DNA of 64,000 bases from an uncultured Elusimicrobia bacterium (GTDB lineage: Bacteria > Elusimicrobiota > Elusimicrobia > 2-01-FULL-59-12), in NCBI GenBank assembly GCA_963702895.1, contig OY969767.1:1600001-1664000 (forward strand). Direction: 5' to 3'. The notes beneath the pieces are model-generated. The model made no database searches, had not been told where the DNA came from, and worked only from the letters and a program-made list of their open reading frames with translations. A program made the position numbers and the translations under genes. Numbering within the stretch: the first letter of the stretch is position 1; every line of letters begins with the position of its first letter. This document shows, in pieces, positions 18,518 through 28,881 of the stretch.

Positions 18518-19803
18518 CGTGATCCGCCCGCAACCGCCAGGGCCTTGGCCCCGATATCTTTCCGGAAGATCTTTCCCTCATAGGAGATCTTGTCCGACGC
18601 TTGATAGGCCCCGACGCGAGCGGCTTCCAGGGTCTCCGCGAGGGTCGTCACGCCCAGCACCCGCCCGCCCGCGGTGACAATGTCGCTTCCCGCTTTCTCG
18701 GTCCCGGCGTGAAAGACTTTCGTGAGGGCCGCTTGCCTGGGTTTGAGCCCGCGGATGGGCTTTCCCTTCTCATAGGCCCCGGGGTAGCCCTCGGAGGCAA
18801 GCACCACGCACAGGGAATGTTTCTTTTTCCAGCGGACGTGCTGGGAGGCCAGCCGTCTTTCGGCGACGGCCAGGAGGACATCGATGAGGTCGCTCTCGAG
18901 GAGCGGCAGAACGGCTTGAGTTTCGGGATCGCCAAAGCGCACGTTAAACTCCAGGACCCGAGGCCCGGAGGGCGTGATCATGAGACCAAAGTAGATGATG
19001 CCGCGATAATCAAAACCCTCGGCCGCGATCCCTTTGAGAAAGGGCTGAAAAATCTCTTCTTCGAGGCGGTCGGTGAGGGATGGCGAGACCATGGGCGCTG
19101 GCGCGTAAGCGCCCATACCGCCCGTATTCGGACCTTCGTCATGGTCCTGGAGGCGTTTATGGTCCTGTGAGGCGGGCATGGCGACGAGGGTCTTGCCGTC
19201 GCAGAAAGCCATGACGGTGGCCTCTTCTCCCGTGAGACACTCCTCCAGAACAGCCGTGGAGCCTGCCGAGCCGAACACTTCCTTTTCCATCACCTCAAAA
19301 AGAAACGCTTTGGCTTCCGTGGTGCCCTGGCACACTTTCACGCCTTTGCCAGCGGCCAGCCCATCGGCTTTGACCACACAGGCGCCCTTCCAGTGTTGGA
19401 GAAGATAGGAGCCCTTTTGGAGGTTCGGGACCACCTCATAGCGGGCGGTTGGAATACCGTACTTGCGCATGAATTCTTTGGCAAAGGATTTGCTGCCTTC
19501 CAGGCGCGCAGCTGTTTTGGTGGGCCCGACAATAGCAAGGCCTCCTTGACGAAAATGGTCGACGATGCCGGCCACAAGAGGCGCTTCGGGGCCGACGAGG
19601 GTGAGATCGATTTCGCGGTCCTTGGCGAATTTGAAGAGGGCCGGGATATTGCCGGCGGAAAGGGCGACGCATTCAGCTTCCTGGGCGATGCCGGCGTTGC
19701 CTGGAGCGCAGTATATTTTAGGCGCTTGGCGGCTTTGGGCCAGGGTATGGACGAGGGCATGCTCCCGCCCGCCGCCACCAATGACAAGGATTTTGATGCT
19801 CAT
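18514..19803 (-). CDS. purD: Phosphoribosylamine-glycine ligase
   Basis: GGGGREHAL, KADGLAAGKGV, QDHKR, GPNTGGMGAY, EFNVRFGDPE. Confidence 0.97.
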   Translation of the reverse strand: MSIKILVIGGGGREHALVHTLAQSRQAPKIYCAPGNAGIAQEAECVALSAGNIPALFKFAKDREIDLTLVGPEAPLVAGIVDHFRQGGLAIVGPTKTAARLEGSKSFAKEFMRKYGIPTARYEVVPNLQKGSYLLQHWKGACVVKADGLAAGKGVKVCQGTTEAKAFLFEVMEKEVFGSAGSTAVLEECLTGEEATVMAFCDGKTLVAMPASQDHKRLQDHDEGPNTGGMGAYAPAPMVSPSLTDRLEEEIFQPFLKGIAAEGFDYRGIIYFGLMITPSGPRVLEFNVRFGDPETQAVLPLLESDLIDVLLAVAERRLASQHVRWKKKHSLCVVLASEGYPGAYEKGKPIRGLKPRQAALTKVFHAGTEKAGSDIVTAGGRVLGVTTLAETLEAARVGAYQASDKISYEGKIFRKDIGAKALAVAGGSR

Positions 19804-19827
19804 GATTGGGGGTTTTACAGCGAACTT

Positions 19828-19836
19828 ATTATACCA
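19828..19836 (-). promoter_or_regulatory. Putative extended -10 promoter (TGnTATAAT) upstream of purD
   Basis: Minus strand reads TGGTATAAT about 25 nt before the purD ATG. Confidence 0.5.
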
Positions 19837-19938
19837 ATTTGAGGCAGACGCCCCAGAGCCGATGCCCCGGGTGTTGGAGGTTGCTCAGGTCTTGTGCCCC
19901 GAGCGCCGGGGAGAGATTCTCTTACGTAGCCTGGAAGT

Positions 19939-21342
19939 CTAGCAGACGGGTTTGCGGTCTTTTTGGGCAAAGTCCACGAGCGGCACAGGGTACTGGTCCG
20001 TGAAGCAGCCGACGCAGAAGGTTTTCGAAGTCCCCCCGCAGCACTTGAGGAGCCCTTCCACGGAAAGATAAGCAAGACTCTCGACCCCGAGATACTCCTG
20101 GATTTCCTGGACGGAGTAGCGGGCCGCGATCAACTCTTTCTTGGTGGGCGTATCAATGCCGTAGTAACAGGACCCGACGATAGGCGGCGAGCTGACCCGC
20201 ATGTGGATCGCTTGGACCCCCACCCGCCGAAGCATCCGGACGAGTTTGCGGCTGGTCGTCCCACGAACGATCGAGTCATCCACCAGCACAATGCTTTTTC
20301 CTTTTAACGCTTCCCGGACTGCGTTGTATTTGATGCGCACACCAAAATCGCGAATCGTCTGTGACGGCTCGATAAAGGTACGGCCAATGTAGTGGCTTCG
20401 AATGAGCCCCAAGCCATAAGGTATGCCGGACTCCTCAGCATAGCCCACCGCGGCGACGTTTGCGGAATCCGGAACCGCCACCACCCAGTCCGCTTTCGCA
20501 GGCGCCTCTCGGGCAAGCTGGCGGCCCAGTTCGGTCCTCACCGCATAGACGCTCTTGCCGAAAAGAAGTCCGTCAGGGCGGGCGAAATAAATGTTTTCAA
20601 AGCTGCAGAACGCGCTCTGCGAGCGTTGAGCAAACATAGTCGATTTGATGCCGCCGCCGTTCACATAGAGGAGCTCCCCGGGCTTCACCTCCCGCACAAA
20701 CTTCGCGTCCACGAGGTCCAAAGCGCAGGTTTCCGAGACGATCATCGTCGCTTTGCCGAGCTTACCGAGAATCAGCGGCCTGACACCATAAGGGTCGCGC
20801 GCGGCAATCAGTTCTTTCTTGGTGCAGAACACGAGGGAATAAGCGCCCTCCACCTGCCGTAGCGCCTCCAAAATGGCCTCCCGGAGCGTCCTGGCTTTGG
20901 ATCGCGCGACCAGATGCAGAATCACTTCCGTATCCGATGTGGTCTGAAAAATAGAGCCCTGACTTTCCAGCTGTTTGCGAATCGTCAGGGCGTTGGTCAG
21001 ATTGCCGTTGTGCGCAAGAGCCAGCACGCCATGGGAGGTATTGGCGAGCAGTGGCTGGGCGTTTCGGAGTGTGGTGTCGCCCGCCGTCGAGTAGCGAACG
21101 TGGCCAATCGCGAGGGGACCTTTGAGAGGCTCGAGGGTCTTTTTGTTGAAGATATCGGCCGCAAGACCCATCGCCACATGGCGGGAAACCGTCGAGCCAT
21201 CCGAAGCCACAATGCCCGCGGATTCCTGACCGCGGTGCTGCAGCGCGTAGAGGCTCAGGTAAGTGATACGCGCCGCCTCAGGATGATGCTGCACGCCGAC
21301 GACGCCGCACTCATCGTGAAAATGATCGTCCAATGGTCTCAT
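19939..21342 (-). CDS. purF: Amidophosphoribosyltransferase
   Basis: ECGVVG propeptide junction, LQHRGQESAG, GHVRYST, VDDSIVRGTT. Confidence 0.97.
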   Translation of the reverse strand: MRPLDDHFHDECGVVGVQHHPEAARITYLSLYALQHRGQESAGIVASDGSTVSRHVAMGLAADIFNKKTLEPLKGPLAIGHVRYSTAGDTTLRNAQPLLANTSHGVLALAHNGNLTNALTIRKQLESQGSIFQTTSDTEVILHLVARSKARTLREAILEALRQVEGAYSLVFCTKKELIAARDPYGVRPLILGKLGKATMIVSETCALDLVDAKFVREVKPGELLYVNGGGIKSTMFAQRSQSAFCSFENIYFARPDGLLFGKSVYAVRTELGRQLAREAPAKADWVVAVPDSANVAAVGYAEESGIPYGLGLIRSHYIGRTFIEPSQTIRDFGVRIKYNAVREALKGKSIVLVDDSIVRGTTSRKLVRMLRRVGVQAIHMRVSSPPIVGSCYYGIDTPTKKELIAARYSVQEIQEYLGVESLAYLSVEGLLKCCGGTSKTFCVGCFTDQYPVPLVDFAQKDRKPVC

Positions 21343-21352
21343 GAGTCTCCCT

Positions 21353-22099
21353 TCAATTCAAAACAGCCGCCTGGAAAAACTGCAGGCCCACCGGGACCCT
21401 GCCTTTGCCCGGCTCACGAGAGCGTGTCCATTCCGGATGCTGCAAGCGTGAGACATGCCGCTCCGGATGCGGCATGAGCCCCACGACGTTGCCATCCGCG
21501 CTGCAGATGCCGGCAATGGCATGGACCGACCCGTTCGGGTTGGGCCCCTCGTAACGAAAAACGATCTGCCTGTTTTTCTCGAGCGTGGCAAGGGTCGCGG
21601 CGTCACGCGCCACAAACTTTCCCTCCCCGTGAGCAATCGGCAGGTCCCACGCGAGGTCGGTGTTGTTCAACCATTGGCAGGCCGACTTTTCCCGTTTCAT
21701 CGTGACCCACTGACATTGGAAACGACCGGAATCATTCGAGGCAAGCGTCACCACCTGCGTCCTGTCGGGCGTGCCCGGCAAGTAACCTGTTTTGACGAGA
21801 ACCTGAAAACCATTGCAGATACCCATGATGCGCTTGCCCTGGGCCACAAAGGCGTCCAGAGCCTCACGCAGTTTAAAGCGCATCTCATTGGCCAGGATTT
21901 TTCCTGCCGCCACGTCATCCCCATACGAGAACCCTCCCGGGATGATCATGAGCTTATAGGGATCAAGGCTCACCTTGCGGCTGAGGAGCTGGTTGATATG
22001 AACAATGTCCGGCTCAGCCCCGGCCATGCGCAGCGCGTGGGCCGACTCCTGGTCACAGTTCGTCCCCGCTGTCCTCAAAATAATGGCTTTCACACTCAT
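21353..22099 (-). CDS. purQ: FGAM synthase glutaminase subunit
   Basis: [32 protein letters not shown]. Confidence 0.96.
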   Translation of the reverse strand: MSVKAIILRTAGTNCDQESAHALRMAGAEPDIVHINQLLSRKVSLDPYKLMIIPGGFSYGDDVAAGKILANEMRFKLREALDAFVAQGKRIMGICNGFQVLVKTGYLPGTPDRTQVVTLASNDSGRFQCQWVTMKREKSACQWLNNTDLAWDLPIAHGEGKFVARDAATLATLEKNRQIVFRYEGPNPNGSVHAIAGICSADGNVVGLMPHPERHVSRLQHPEWTRSREPGKGRVPVGLQFFQAAVLN

Positions 22100-22136
22100 G
22101 CCTTTCTGCTCTCTGCTCTCGGCCCTCTGCTCTGCC

Positions 22137-24560
22137 TCATATTTCCCACGCCTTCCGAAGGGCCTCCACCGACAGTTGAACCATCGGGGCCTTGGATCGT
22201 CCACTCCGAAGAACAAGGGCCTTTGATCGGGTCACCCGGCCCAAGAGCGCCACATGCCCTTTGAGCAGGGTCTCAAAGCCTTTGCGAGCGACGGGAGGTA
22301 CCTCCACGAGGAAACGGCTGGGCGTTTCAGAAAAGAGGAGCGCGAGGTCCGACACCTTCGTCGTGACGGGCGCCCGGGAGATATCGAGGCTCATGCCGAG
22401 TTCTCCCGCAAAGGCCATTTCGGCCGCGGCCACCGCGAGGCCGCCTTCAGAAAGATCATGGCAGGCACGGACGTATCCGCGCGTGATCGCCTGATGCAGA
22501 AGCGCAAAGGTTTCCGTCGCGCGCTGGACCATCACCCGAGGGACGCATCCTCGCGCGGCAAGGCCTTTCGGGGACTTCTCCAGCACCTTCCAGAGATGCG
22601 CGCCGCCCAGCTCCTCCCTTGTTTCACCCACGAGATACACCCCGTCACCGGGTTCCTTTAAATCCATGGTGACCGTGCGCCTCGCGTCTTTGAGGACGCC
22701 GATGGCAGAAATCAGCAGGCTCCGCGGGATAGACTGGAGTTTGCCAGCCGGGTCGCGCCAGGTGTTGTTCAGGCTGTCCTTGCCGGAAATAAATGGGACA
22801 CCGTAGCCTTTGGCCATGTCATAGCAAGCCTGGCAGGCGCGGACCAATGCCGCGAGCTCCTGCTCATCCTCGGGATTTCCCCAACAGAAGTTATCCAAAA
22901 TGGCGGCATGACGGATATCGCCCCCCACCGCCACAAGGTTCCGAAGCGCCTCATCGATCGCGCAAGCGCTCATCCAATACGGGTCGCTGTCTCCATAGGA
23001 AGGGTTAAAACCATTGCTGATCACGACCGCGCGCTCGGAATCCAACCGCGGTCGAAAGACCGCCGCGTCCGACGGCCCGCGCTGATCCAGGCCGACAAAA
23101 GGTTTGATGACGCTTCCGCCCTGCACTTCGTGATCATATTGTCGGACGATCCATCGTTTGGACGCGATGTTCGGATGGGACAGGAGGCTGATCAAAACCC
23201 GTCCGAGGTCCGACGTCCGAAGCCCCAGATCTTTGATTTTGATCTCAGACGTCGGACGTGGGACGTCGGACGACCCGTTCCAAATCGCTTTCCGGTGCAC
23301 GCGGGGCATGCCGCCATGCAAAAAGTCCATCTCGATTTGGCCAGCGACTTCACCGCCGTAGCGGACCGTGAGCTTCTTGTCCTGGGTGAACACTCCGATC
23401 GCGGTCGCTTCGACATTTTCGGAGTCCGCCAGGGTTTTGAGCGCCGGCCAGTGTTCAGGCGGGACAGCGATCACCATGCGTTCTTGGCTCTCCGAGAGCC
23501 AGATTTCCCAGGGCAGAAGTCCCTCGTATTTGAGTGGCGCTTTTTCAAGGTCCACGACGACCCCCGTCTCCGATCCAAGCTCTCCCACGGCAGATGAGAA
23601 ACCGCCCGCGCCGCAATCCGTCACCGCGCGATAAAGTCCCAGATCGCGCGCCTGAAGCAGCACGTCCATGGTCCTCTTTTCCATGATGGCGTGCCCAATC
23701 TGCACCACCGAGGAGGAAATCCCCTCTTCGAGCGCGGCGGATGAAAAAGTCGCGCCGTGAATGCCGTCACGGCCCGTCCTTCCACCCAGACAGACCACAA
23801 GGTCCCCGGCGTGGATTTCCTTATTGACTTTGTCCTTGGGAATGAGGCCCACGGTGCCGCAGAAGACAAGGGGATTGGCCACAAATCGATCGTCATAATA
23901 AACGGCACCGTTGGCCGTTGGAATGCCCATCCGGTTGCCGTAGTCCCGCACGCCCGCGACAACCCCTTGGATAATACGCCGGGGGTGCAGCACGCCACGG
24001 GGAATTTTTCTTGCCGGCATGTCCGGCGGCGCGAACGCGAACACGTCCGTGTTCATGACGGGTTTCGCCCCAAGCCCCACGCCCAGAATATCCCGGGTCA
24101 CCCCGCCGAGCCCCGTTCCCGCGCCGCCGTAGGGCTCCAGCGCCGAAGGATGGTTGTGGGTCTCCACTTTAAAGGCCACACCCCACTCGTCATCGAACTC
24201 GATGACGCCGGCGTTGTCTTTAAAGGTGGAAAGGCACCAGGGCTTGTCGAGCTCCTGGGTGGCCTTCATGATCGTGGATTTAAGGAGATTGTCATACACA
24301 CGCGAGCCGCGTCCCTTCTCCTCATACTCAATGACGCCGCTGAAGGTCTTGTGCTTGCAGTGCTCGCTCCAGGTTTGCGCGATGGTCTCCAGTTCCACGT
24401 CCGTCGGGTCCCGCCCGACGCGGTCAAAATAGGCCTGGATGGCCTTCATTTCCTGGAGGTTGAGCGAGAGGAGCCCTTTTCGGCTGATCTCAAGAAGCTG
24501 CGAATCCTCCGAAGAAAGAAGCGGAACTTGCTTGACGCGTGTGGGGTCTTTAGTCAGCAT
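22137..24560 (-). CDS. purL: FGAM synthase synthetase subunit
   Basis: QTWSEHCKHK, KVETHNHPSA, DCGAGG, SESQERM, QYDHEV, HDLSEGG. Confidence 0.96.
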   Translation of the reverse strand: MLTKDPTRVKQVPLLSSEDSQLLEISRKGLLSLNLQEMKAIQAYFDRVGRDPTDVELETIAQTWSEHCKHKTFSGVIEYEEKGRGSRVYDNLLKSTIMKATQELDKPWCLSTFKDNAGVIEFDDEWGVAFKVETHNHPSALEPYGGAGTGLGGVTRDILGVGLGAKPVMNTDVFAFAPPDMPARKIPRGVLHPRRIIQGVVAGVRDYGNRMGIPTANGAVYYDDRFVANPLVFCGTVGLIPKDKVNKEIHAGDLVVCLGGRTGRDGIHGATFSSAALEEGISSSVVQIGHAIMEKRTMDVLLQARDLGLYRAVTDCGAGGFSSAVGELGSETGVVVDLEKAPLKYEGLLPWEIWLSESQERMVIAVPPEHWPALKTLADSENVEATAIGVFTQDKKLTVRYGGEVAGQIEMDFLHGGMPRVHRKAIWNGSSDVPRPTSEIKIKDLGLRTSDLGRVLISLLSHPNIASKRWIVRQYDHEVQGGSVIKPFVGLDQRGPSDAAVFRPRLDSERAVVISNGFNPSYGDSDPYWMSACAIDEALRNLVAVGGDIRHAAILDNFCWGNPEDEQELAALVRACQACYDMAKGYGVPFISGKDSLNNTWRDPAGKLQSIPRSLLISAIGVLKDARRTVTMDLKEPGDGVYLVGETREELGGAHLWKVLEKSPKGLAARGCVPRVMVQRATETFALLHQAITRGYVRACHDLSEGGLAVAAAEMAFAGELGMSLDISRAPVTTKVSDLALLFSETPSRFLVEVPPVARKGFETLLKGHVALLGRVTRSKALVLRSGRSKAPMVQLSVEALRKAWEI
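23200..23272. repeat. In-frame heptamer palindrome (GACGTCC/GGACGTC) inside purL
   Basis: Encodes SDVPRPTSEIKIKDLGLRTSDLGR; arms CGTCCGAGGTCCGACGTCCGA / TCAGACGTCGGACGTGGGACGTCGGACG. Confidence 0.8.
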
Positions 24561-25011
24561 GGATCACCAAATCGTGAACGAGGGGATTGACGAGAAGTGA
24601 AAGGGCGACCTTCTCAGCGGTTTCGCGCTTCGTGATGCCTTCAAGATGATAGCGCATGCCGGTGCGAACCTCTTGCACCCCCGAAATGTCCAGGTCCTCA
24701 ATCCCTTTTTTGACGCTCTCCCCCACCACGTCGGTGACACCGGCCTTGTACCAGACGTCCAGGACCATGGACCGGGTTTTCTCGAACGCCTTGTCCCGCG
24801 GTTCATGGAGGATCGGATCGCAGAGGAGGTCCCTGGCAATGCGGACCCTCTGTTCAGCGGTGAGGGTGCCGGAGATCTTGTAGAGCTGGGCACTCGCCAC
24901 TTTTTTGACCTTGGCCAGGCGTAAATGCTCCAAATCAGACTTCAGACCCTCTCCGACAGGGTCTTTCACGCCCGGCTTATAGCCAATCTCAAATAAAAAT
25001 GTTCGTGGCAT
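24550..25011 (-). CDS. purS: PurS-like FGAM synthase subunit with two tandem PurS domains
   Basis: YKPGVKDPVG...LLCDPI and YKAGVTDVVG...LLVNPLV repeats; directly upstream of purL. Confidence 0.8.
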   Translation of the reverse strand: MPRTFLFEIGYKPGVKDPVGEGLKSDLEHLRLAKVKKVASAQLYKISGTLTAEQRVRIARDLLCDPILHEPRDKAFEKTRSMVLDVWYKAGVTDVVGESVKKGIEDLDISGVQEVRTGMRYHLEGITKRETAEKVALSLLVNPLVHDLVIHAD

Positions 25012-25901
25012 CAGCACTCAAACGGAACACCGGTCAGGCGCTCAAAAGCCTCGATGTATTTGGCCCTCGTTTTCCGGACCACCTCCTCAGGCAGGGTGGG
25101 CACGGGGGGCTGCTTGTTCCATTGGATACGCTCAAGGTAGTCTCGGACATATTGCTTGTCGATGCTGTCTTGGGCTTTCCCTTCCTGATACTTCGATTGT
25201 TCCCAGAAACGGGAAGAATCGGGCGTTAAGACCTCATCGATGAGGATGACCTGGCCGCTCAGCTGCCCGAACTCAAACTTGGTGTCGCAGAGAATGAGCC
25301 CGCGGGCCTCCGAGATCTGGGCGGCCTTCTGATAAATGGCAAGGCTCGTGTCCTTGAGCTGGGTCGCGAGGGCCCGTCCGACGATCTGGGCCATGCGCTC
25401 GAAGGAAATATTTTCGTCGTGTTTGCCGCCTTCTTCCTTGGTCGCCGGGGTGAAGATCGGTTGAGGCAACCGACTGGATTCTTTGAGCCCCGAGGGAAGC
25501 GGCACACCGCAGACGCTTTGCGTCTTCTGGTATTCTTTCCAGCCGCTTCCGGCCAGGTACCCACGCACGACGCACTCAATCATGATCTTGTCCGTCTTCT
25601 TGACCAGCATCGTACGACCCTCCAGGGCTTCGGCATAGCCATGGAGATTTGCGGGAAAACGCTCAACGTCCGCGGTGATGAGGTGATGAGGAACAACACC
25701 TTCGAGCTGTTGGAACCACCAGGTGGAGATCTGGGTGAGGATTTTCCCCTTGTCCGGAACGGGGGTACCCAGCACGTAATCAAACGCCGAGATCCGGTCC
25801 GAGGCCACCATCAGGAGACGGTCGCCCAGATCGTAAACGTCTCGAACTTTCCCGCGGATAAAAAGCGGAAGCGGCAAGGTTTCTAATACAGACATGGTCA
25901 T
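25011..25901 (-). CDS. purC: SAICAR synthetase
   Basis: GKVRDVY, SDRISAFD, ECVVRGYLAGSGW, DTKFEFG, DEVLTPDSSRFW. Confidence 0.97.
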   Translation of the reverse strand: MTMSVLETLPLPLFIRGKVRDVYDLGDRLLMVASDRISAFDYVLGTPVPDKGKILTQISTWWFQQLEGVVPHHLITADVERFPANLHGYAEALEGRTMLVKKTDKIMIECVVRGYLAGSGWKEYQKTQSVCGVPLPSGLKESSRLPQPIFTPATKEEGGKHDENISFERMAQIVGRALATQLKDTSLAIYQKAAQISEARGLILCDTKFEFGQLSGQVILIDEVLTPDSSRFWEQSKYQEGKAQDSIDKQYVRDYLERIQWNKQPPVPTLPEEVVRKTRAKYIEAFERLTGVPFEC

Positions 25902-25916
25902 GTGTTCTCCTTTCTC

Positions 25917-26031
25917 CGTCAACCCGGCAGGTCGTCAGCCGGGACGCCACACAACAGGCGTCCGACCGCAGTGTGTCGGATCCATCATGATCGGTGCGTG
26001 ATGGGCCCCGGCTAACAAGCCGCCGGGGTGA
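25917..26031. repeat. CGTC-type REP dimer carrying a twin-hairpin insert
   Basis: CGTCAACCCGGC..GCCGGG[ACGCCACACAACAGGCGTCCGACCGCAGTGTGTCGG]ATCCATC...CCCCGGC..GCCGGGGTGA. Confidence 0.65.
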
Positions 26032-26037
26032 GGCCGC

Positions 26038-27564
26038 TCATTCCCATTCAATCGTCGCGGGCGGCTTGGACGAGATGTCATAGGCCACTCGGTTAATCCC
26101 CCGCACTTCATTGATGATGCGGTTGGACATCTTCGCCAGCACCTCATAAGGCATCTTGACCCAGTCGGCGGTCATACCATCCGTCGAGGTGACGGCTCTC
26201 ACCGCGACCACGTTCTCGTAGGTCCGCTCATCGCCCATCACACCCACCGAACTCACCGGCAGCAGGACCGCAAAGGCCTGCCACATCTGGTTATAGAGCC
26301 CCGCCGCGCGAACCTCTTCTTCGACGATCGAGTCTGCTCGCCGCAGCAGATCCAGGCGTTCCGCTGTCACAGGGCCGAGGATCCGGACCCCAAGGCCAGG
26401 CCCAGGGAAGGGATGGCGCTGGAGGATTTCCTCTGGAATACCGAGCTCCTTGCCCAGAGCGCGGACTTCGTCCTTAAAGAGAAAACGGAGAGGTTCGATC
26501 AGTTTGAGCTTCATCCGCTCGGGTAAGCCTCCCACGTTGTGGTGGGTTTTGATCGTGGCGGAAGGACCTTTGACGGACACACTTTCGATCACGTCGGGAT
26601 AGAGCGTCCCTTGAACCAGGAAGTCGACCGGCCCAAGCTTTTGAGCTTCATCGTCGAAAACAGAAATGAACTCGTTGCCAATGATCTTGCGTTTCTTTTC
26701 AGGATCATCCACCCCCGCGAGCTTTTGAAGGAAGCGAGCCGACGCGTCGATTATTCGCAGTTCCCCCTTGAACCTGTTCTTAAAGATTCTTTCGACCCGT
26801 TCCTTTTCCCCTTTTCGCAGGAGCCCGTTGTCGACGAAGACGCAGGTGAGCTGCTTCCCGACCGCTTTGTCGACAAGCATCGCCGCGACGGACGAATCGA
26901 CCCCGCCGGACATGGCGCAGATCACATGGTCCTTTCCAACTTGAGACCGGATCTCCTTGAGCTGCCCCTGGATAAAGGACTCCATGGTCCAGATCGGCTT
27001 TTCCCTACAGACGCGGCTCAAGAAATTCTTGAGGATCTGGGGGCCACTCGGGGTATGGTGCACTTCCGGATGGAACTGAACACCGTAAAATTTTTGTTTG
27101 AGATTGGCGATGGCGGCAAATCGCGCGTTACGCGAGTGGGCCAGGCGTACAAAATCCGTCGGCATCTCGTCCGCCGCGTCCCCATGGCTCATCCAGACAG
27201 GCATTTTTTCGTCAAGGCCATGGAAAAGACCATTGGAATGATCGATTTCCAGATCCGCATGGCCATACTCGCGGTGATCGGCCTTCTTCACGCGGCCGCC
27301 GAAATGTTCGGTCATGAGCTGCATGCCGTAACAAATCCCCAGCACCGGCACGCCGAGGTTCCAAAGGGCGGCATCCGGCCGCGGGGCATCCGCCGCGTAG
27401 ACACTCGAGGGCCCGCCGGAGAGAATAATGCCGGAGGGGGCCTTGCTCTTGATCTCCTGGGCGCTGGCCCGAAAGGGCAGAATTTCACAATAGACCTTGG
27501 CTTCTCTCACGCGTCTGGCGATGAGCTGCGTGTATTGGCTGCCAAAATCAAGAATGACAATCAT
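26038..27564 (-). CDS. guaA: GMP synthase (glutamine-hydrolysing)
   Basis: [35 protein letters not shown]. Confidence 0.98.
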   Translation of the reverse strand: MIVILDFGSQYTQLIARRVREAKVYCEILPFRASAQEIKSKAPSGIILSGGPSSVYAADAPRPDAALWNLGVPVLGICYGMQLMTEHFGGRVKKADHREYGHADLEIDHSNGLFHGLDEKMPVWMSHGDAADEMPTDFVRLAHSRNARFAAIANLKQKFYGVQFHPEVHHTPSGPQILKNFLSRVCREKPIWTMESFIQGQLKEIRSQVGKDHVICAMSGGVDSSVAAMLVDKAVGKQLTCVFVDNGLLRKGEKERVERIFKNRFKGELRIIDASARFLQKLAGVDDPEKKRKIIGNEFISVFDDEAQKLGPVDFLVQGTLYPDVIESVSVKGPSATIKTHHNVGGLPERMKLKLIEPLRFLFKDEVRALGKELGIPEEILQRHPFPGPGLGVRILGPVTAERLDLLRRADSIVEEEVRAAGLYNQMWQAFAVLLPVSSVGVMGDERTYENVVAVRAVTSTDGMTADWVKMPYEVLAKMSNRIINEVRGINRVAYDISSKPPATIEWE

Positions 27565-27571
27565 CGAGGTC

Positions 27572-27655
27572 GTCCTGAGTCCCGCGTCCTGAGTCCCGCG
27601 TCATCGTAGGCAGCCTTCCGAAAGACCCGGGACACGAGACCCGGGACGCGAGACG
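27572..27655. repeat. Heptamer-repeat imperfect hairpin between guaB and guaA
   Basis: GTCCTGAGTCCCGC x2 ... GACCCGGGACACGAGACCCGGGACGCGAGAC. Confidence 0.65.
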
Positions 27656-27661
27656 CTGTAT

Positions 27662-28822
27662 TCATTTGCCCATCCCAACTCTTTGCGCTTTCTGGAAGAT
27701 TTTCCCCTCATGCTGAATGGCGGGCGCGATGATGAGCTCGGTCAACTGCATTTCTTTGATGTTGCGCGCGCCGACGGTGCCCATGCAGGTCCTGAGCGCT
27801 CCCACGAGATTCTGTGTTCCGTCGTCGGTACGCGCGGGCCCGTAGAGGATTTCTTCAAGCGAGCCGCTCGTGCCCACATGAATACGCGTCCCACGCGGGA
27901 GGTTGTGGTGTGGAGTCGCCATGCCCCAGTGATAGCCGCGGCCGGGAGCTTCTTTGGCCCTGGCAAAGGCGGAGCCTACCATGACGGCGTCGGCACCCGA
28001 GGCGAAGGCCTTGCAGATTTCGCCCCCCATGTTCATGCCCCCGTCGGTAATGATCGGGACATAGTGGCCGGATTTCTTGAAATGGAAGTCGCGTGCCGCT
28101 GCGCAATCAACGGTTGCGGTCACCTGCGGCACACCAATGCCCAAGACGCCCCGCGAGGTACAGGCCGCTCCCGGTCCCACACCTACGAGAACGGCTGCGC
28201 AGCCTGTTTCCATGAGTTCCAAACAGGCGGTATAGTTCACCGTATTGCCAATGACGACCGGCACTTTGAGACTTTTGACGAGCTTCGGGAGGTCCACCAC
28301 TTTGTATTTCGAGGCGATGTGACGAACCGTGGCGACGGTGGATTGGACGAAGAACAGATCCGCTCCCGCTTCCTGAGCAATCGGCGCGAATTTCTCTGCG
28401 TTGGTCGGGATGCAGGAGACGGCCGCCGCGACGCCGCCTTTTTTCATTTCTTTGACCCGCTTTTCGATCAGCTCTTCTTTGACCGGTTCTTTATAGAGTT
28501 TCTGTACAAGCTCTGTAGCCATTTCCGGCGGCGCTGCAGCGATGCGTTCATAGACCTCTTCGACGTTCTCATAGCGGGAGTGGATGCCGTCCAAGTTCAG
28601 GACCGCCAGCCCCCCCTGCTTGCCCATGGCGATCGCGAATTTGGCGTCGACCACGCCATCCATGGCGCTTGCTAAAAATGGGATTTCGAGCTTGACCGAG
28701 CCGATCTTGATCGAGATATCGACTTCTTCCGGATTGACCGTGACGGCCCCCGGAACGAGCGCAATTTCATCAAACCCATAAGCGCGCCGTGCTTCACGAT
28801 CACGGCCAACAAAGAATGCCAT
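27662..28822 (-). CDS. guaB: IMP dehydrogenase-family protein (GuaB3 type, no CBS domains)
   Basis: RRAYGFDEIALVP, ASAMDGV, VGVGPGAACTSR, DGGM, WGMAT. Confidence 0.9.
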   Translation of the reverse strand: MAFFVGRDREARRAYGFDEIALVPGAVTVNPEEVDISIKIGSVKLEIPFLASAMDGVVDAKFAIAMGKQGGLAVLNLDGIHSRYENVEEVYERIAAAPPEMATELVQKLYKEPVKEELIEKRVKEMKKGGVAAAVSCIPTNAEKFAPIAQEAGADLFFVQSTVATVRHIASKYKVVDLPKLVKSLKVPVVIGNTVNYTACLELMETGCAAVLVGVGPGAACTSRGVLGIGVPQVTATVDCAAARDFHFKKSGHYVPIITDGGMNMGGEICKAFASGADAVMVGSAFARAKEAPGRGYHWGMATPHHNLPRGTRIHVGTSGSLEEILYGPARTDDGTQNLVGALRTCMGTVGARNIKEMQLTELIIAPAIQHEGKIFQKAQRVGMGK

Positions 28823-28835
28823 ATGCCTCTCCTCC

Positions 28836-28881
28836 TCCGCCATTGTGCCGTTGGCGGACTCGCCAGCGACGTCGTGGCGAG
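28836..28881. repeat. Twin-hairpin element between the dcd stop and the guaB RBS
   Basis: TCCGCCA-9nt-TGGCGGA followed directly by CTCGCCA-9nt-TGGCGAG. Confidence 0.8.

Noticed and set aside
19840..19935. PyrR attenuator or purine riboswitch between purF and purD
   Set aside because: GC-rich hairpins are present, but I could not identify the PyrR binding loop, a U-tract terminator or a purine aptamer consensus.
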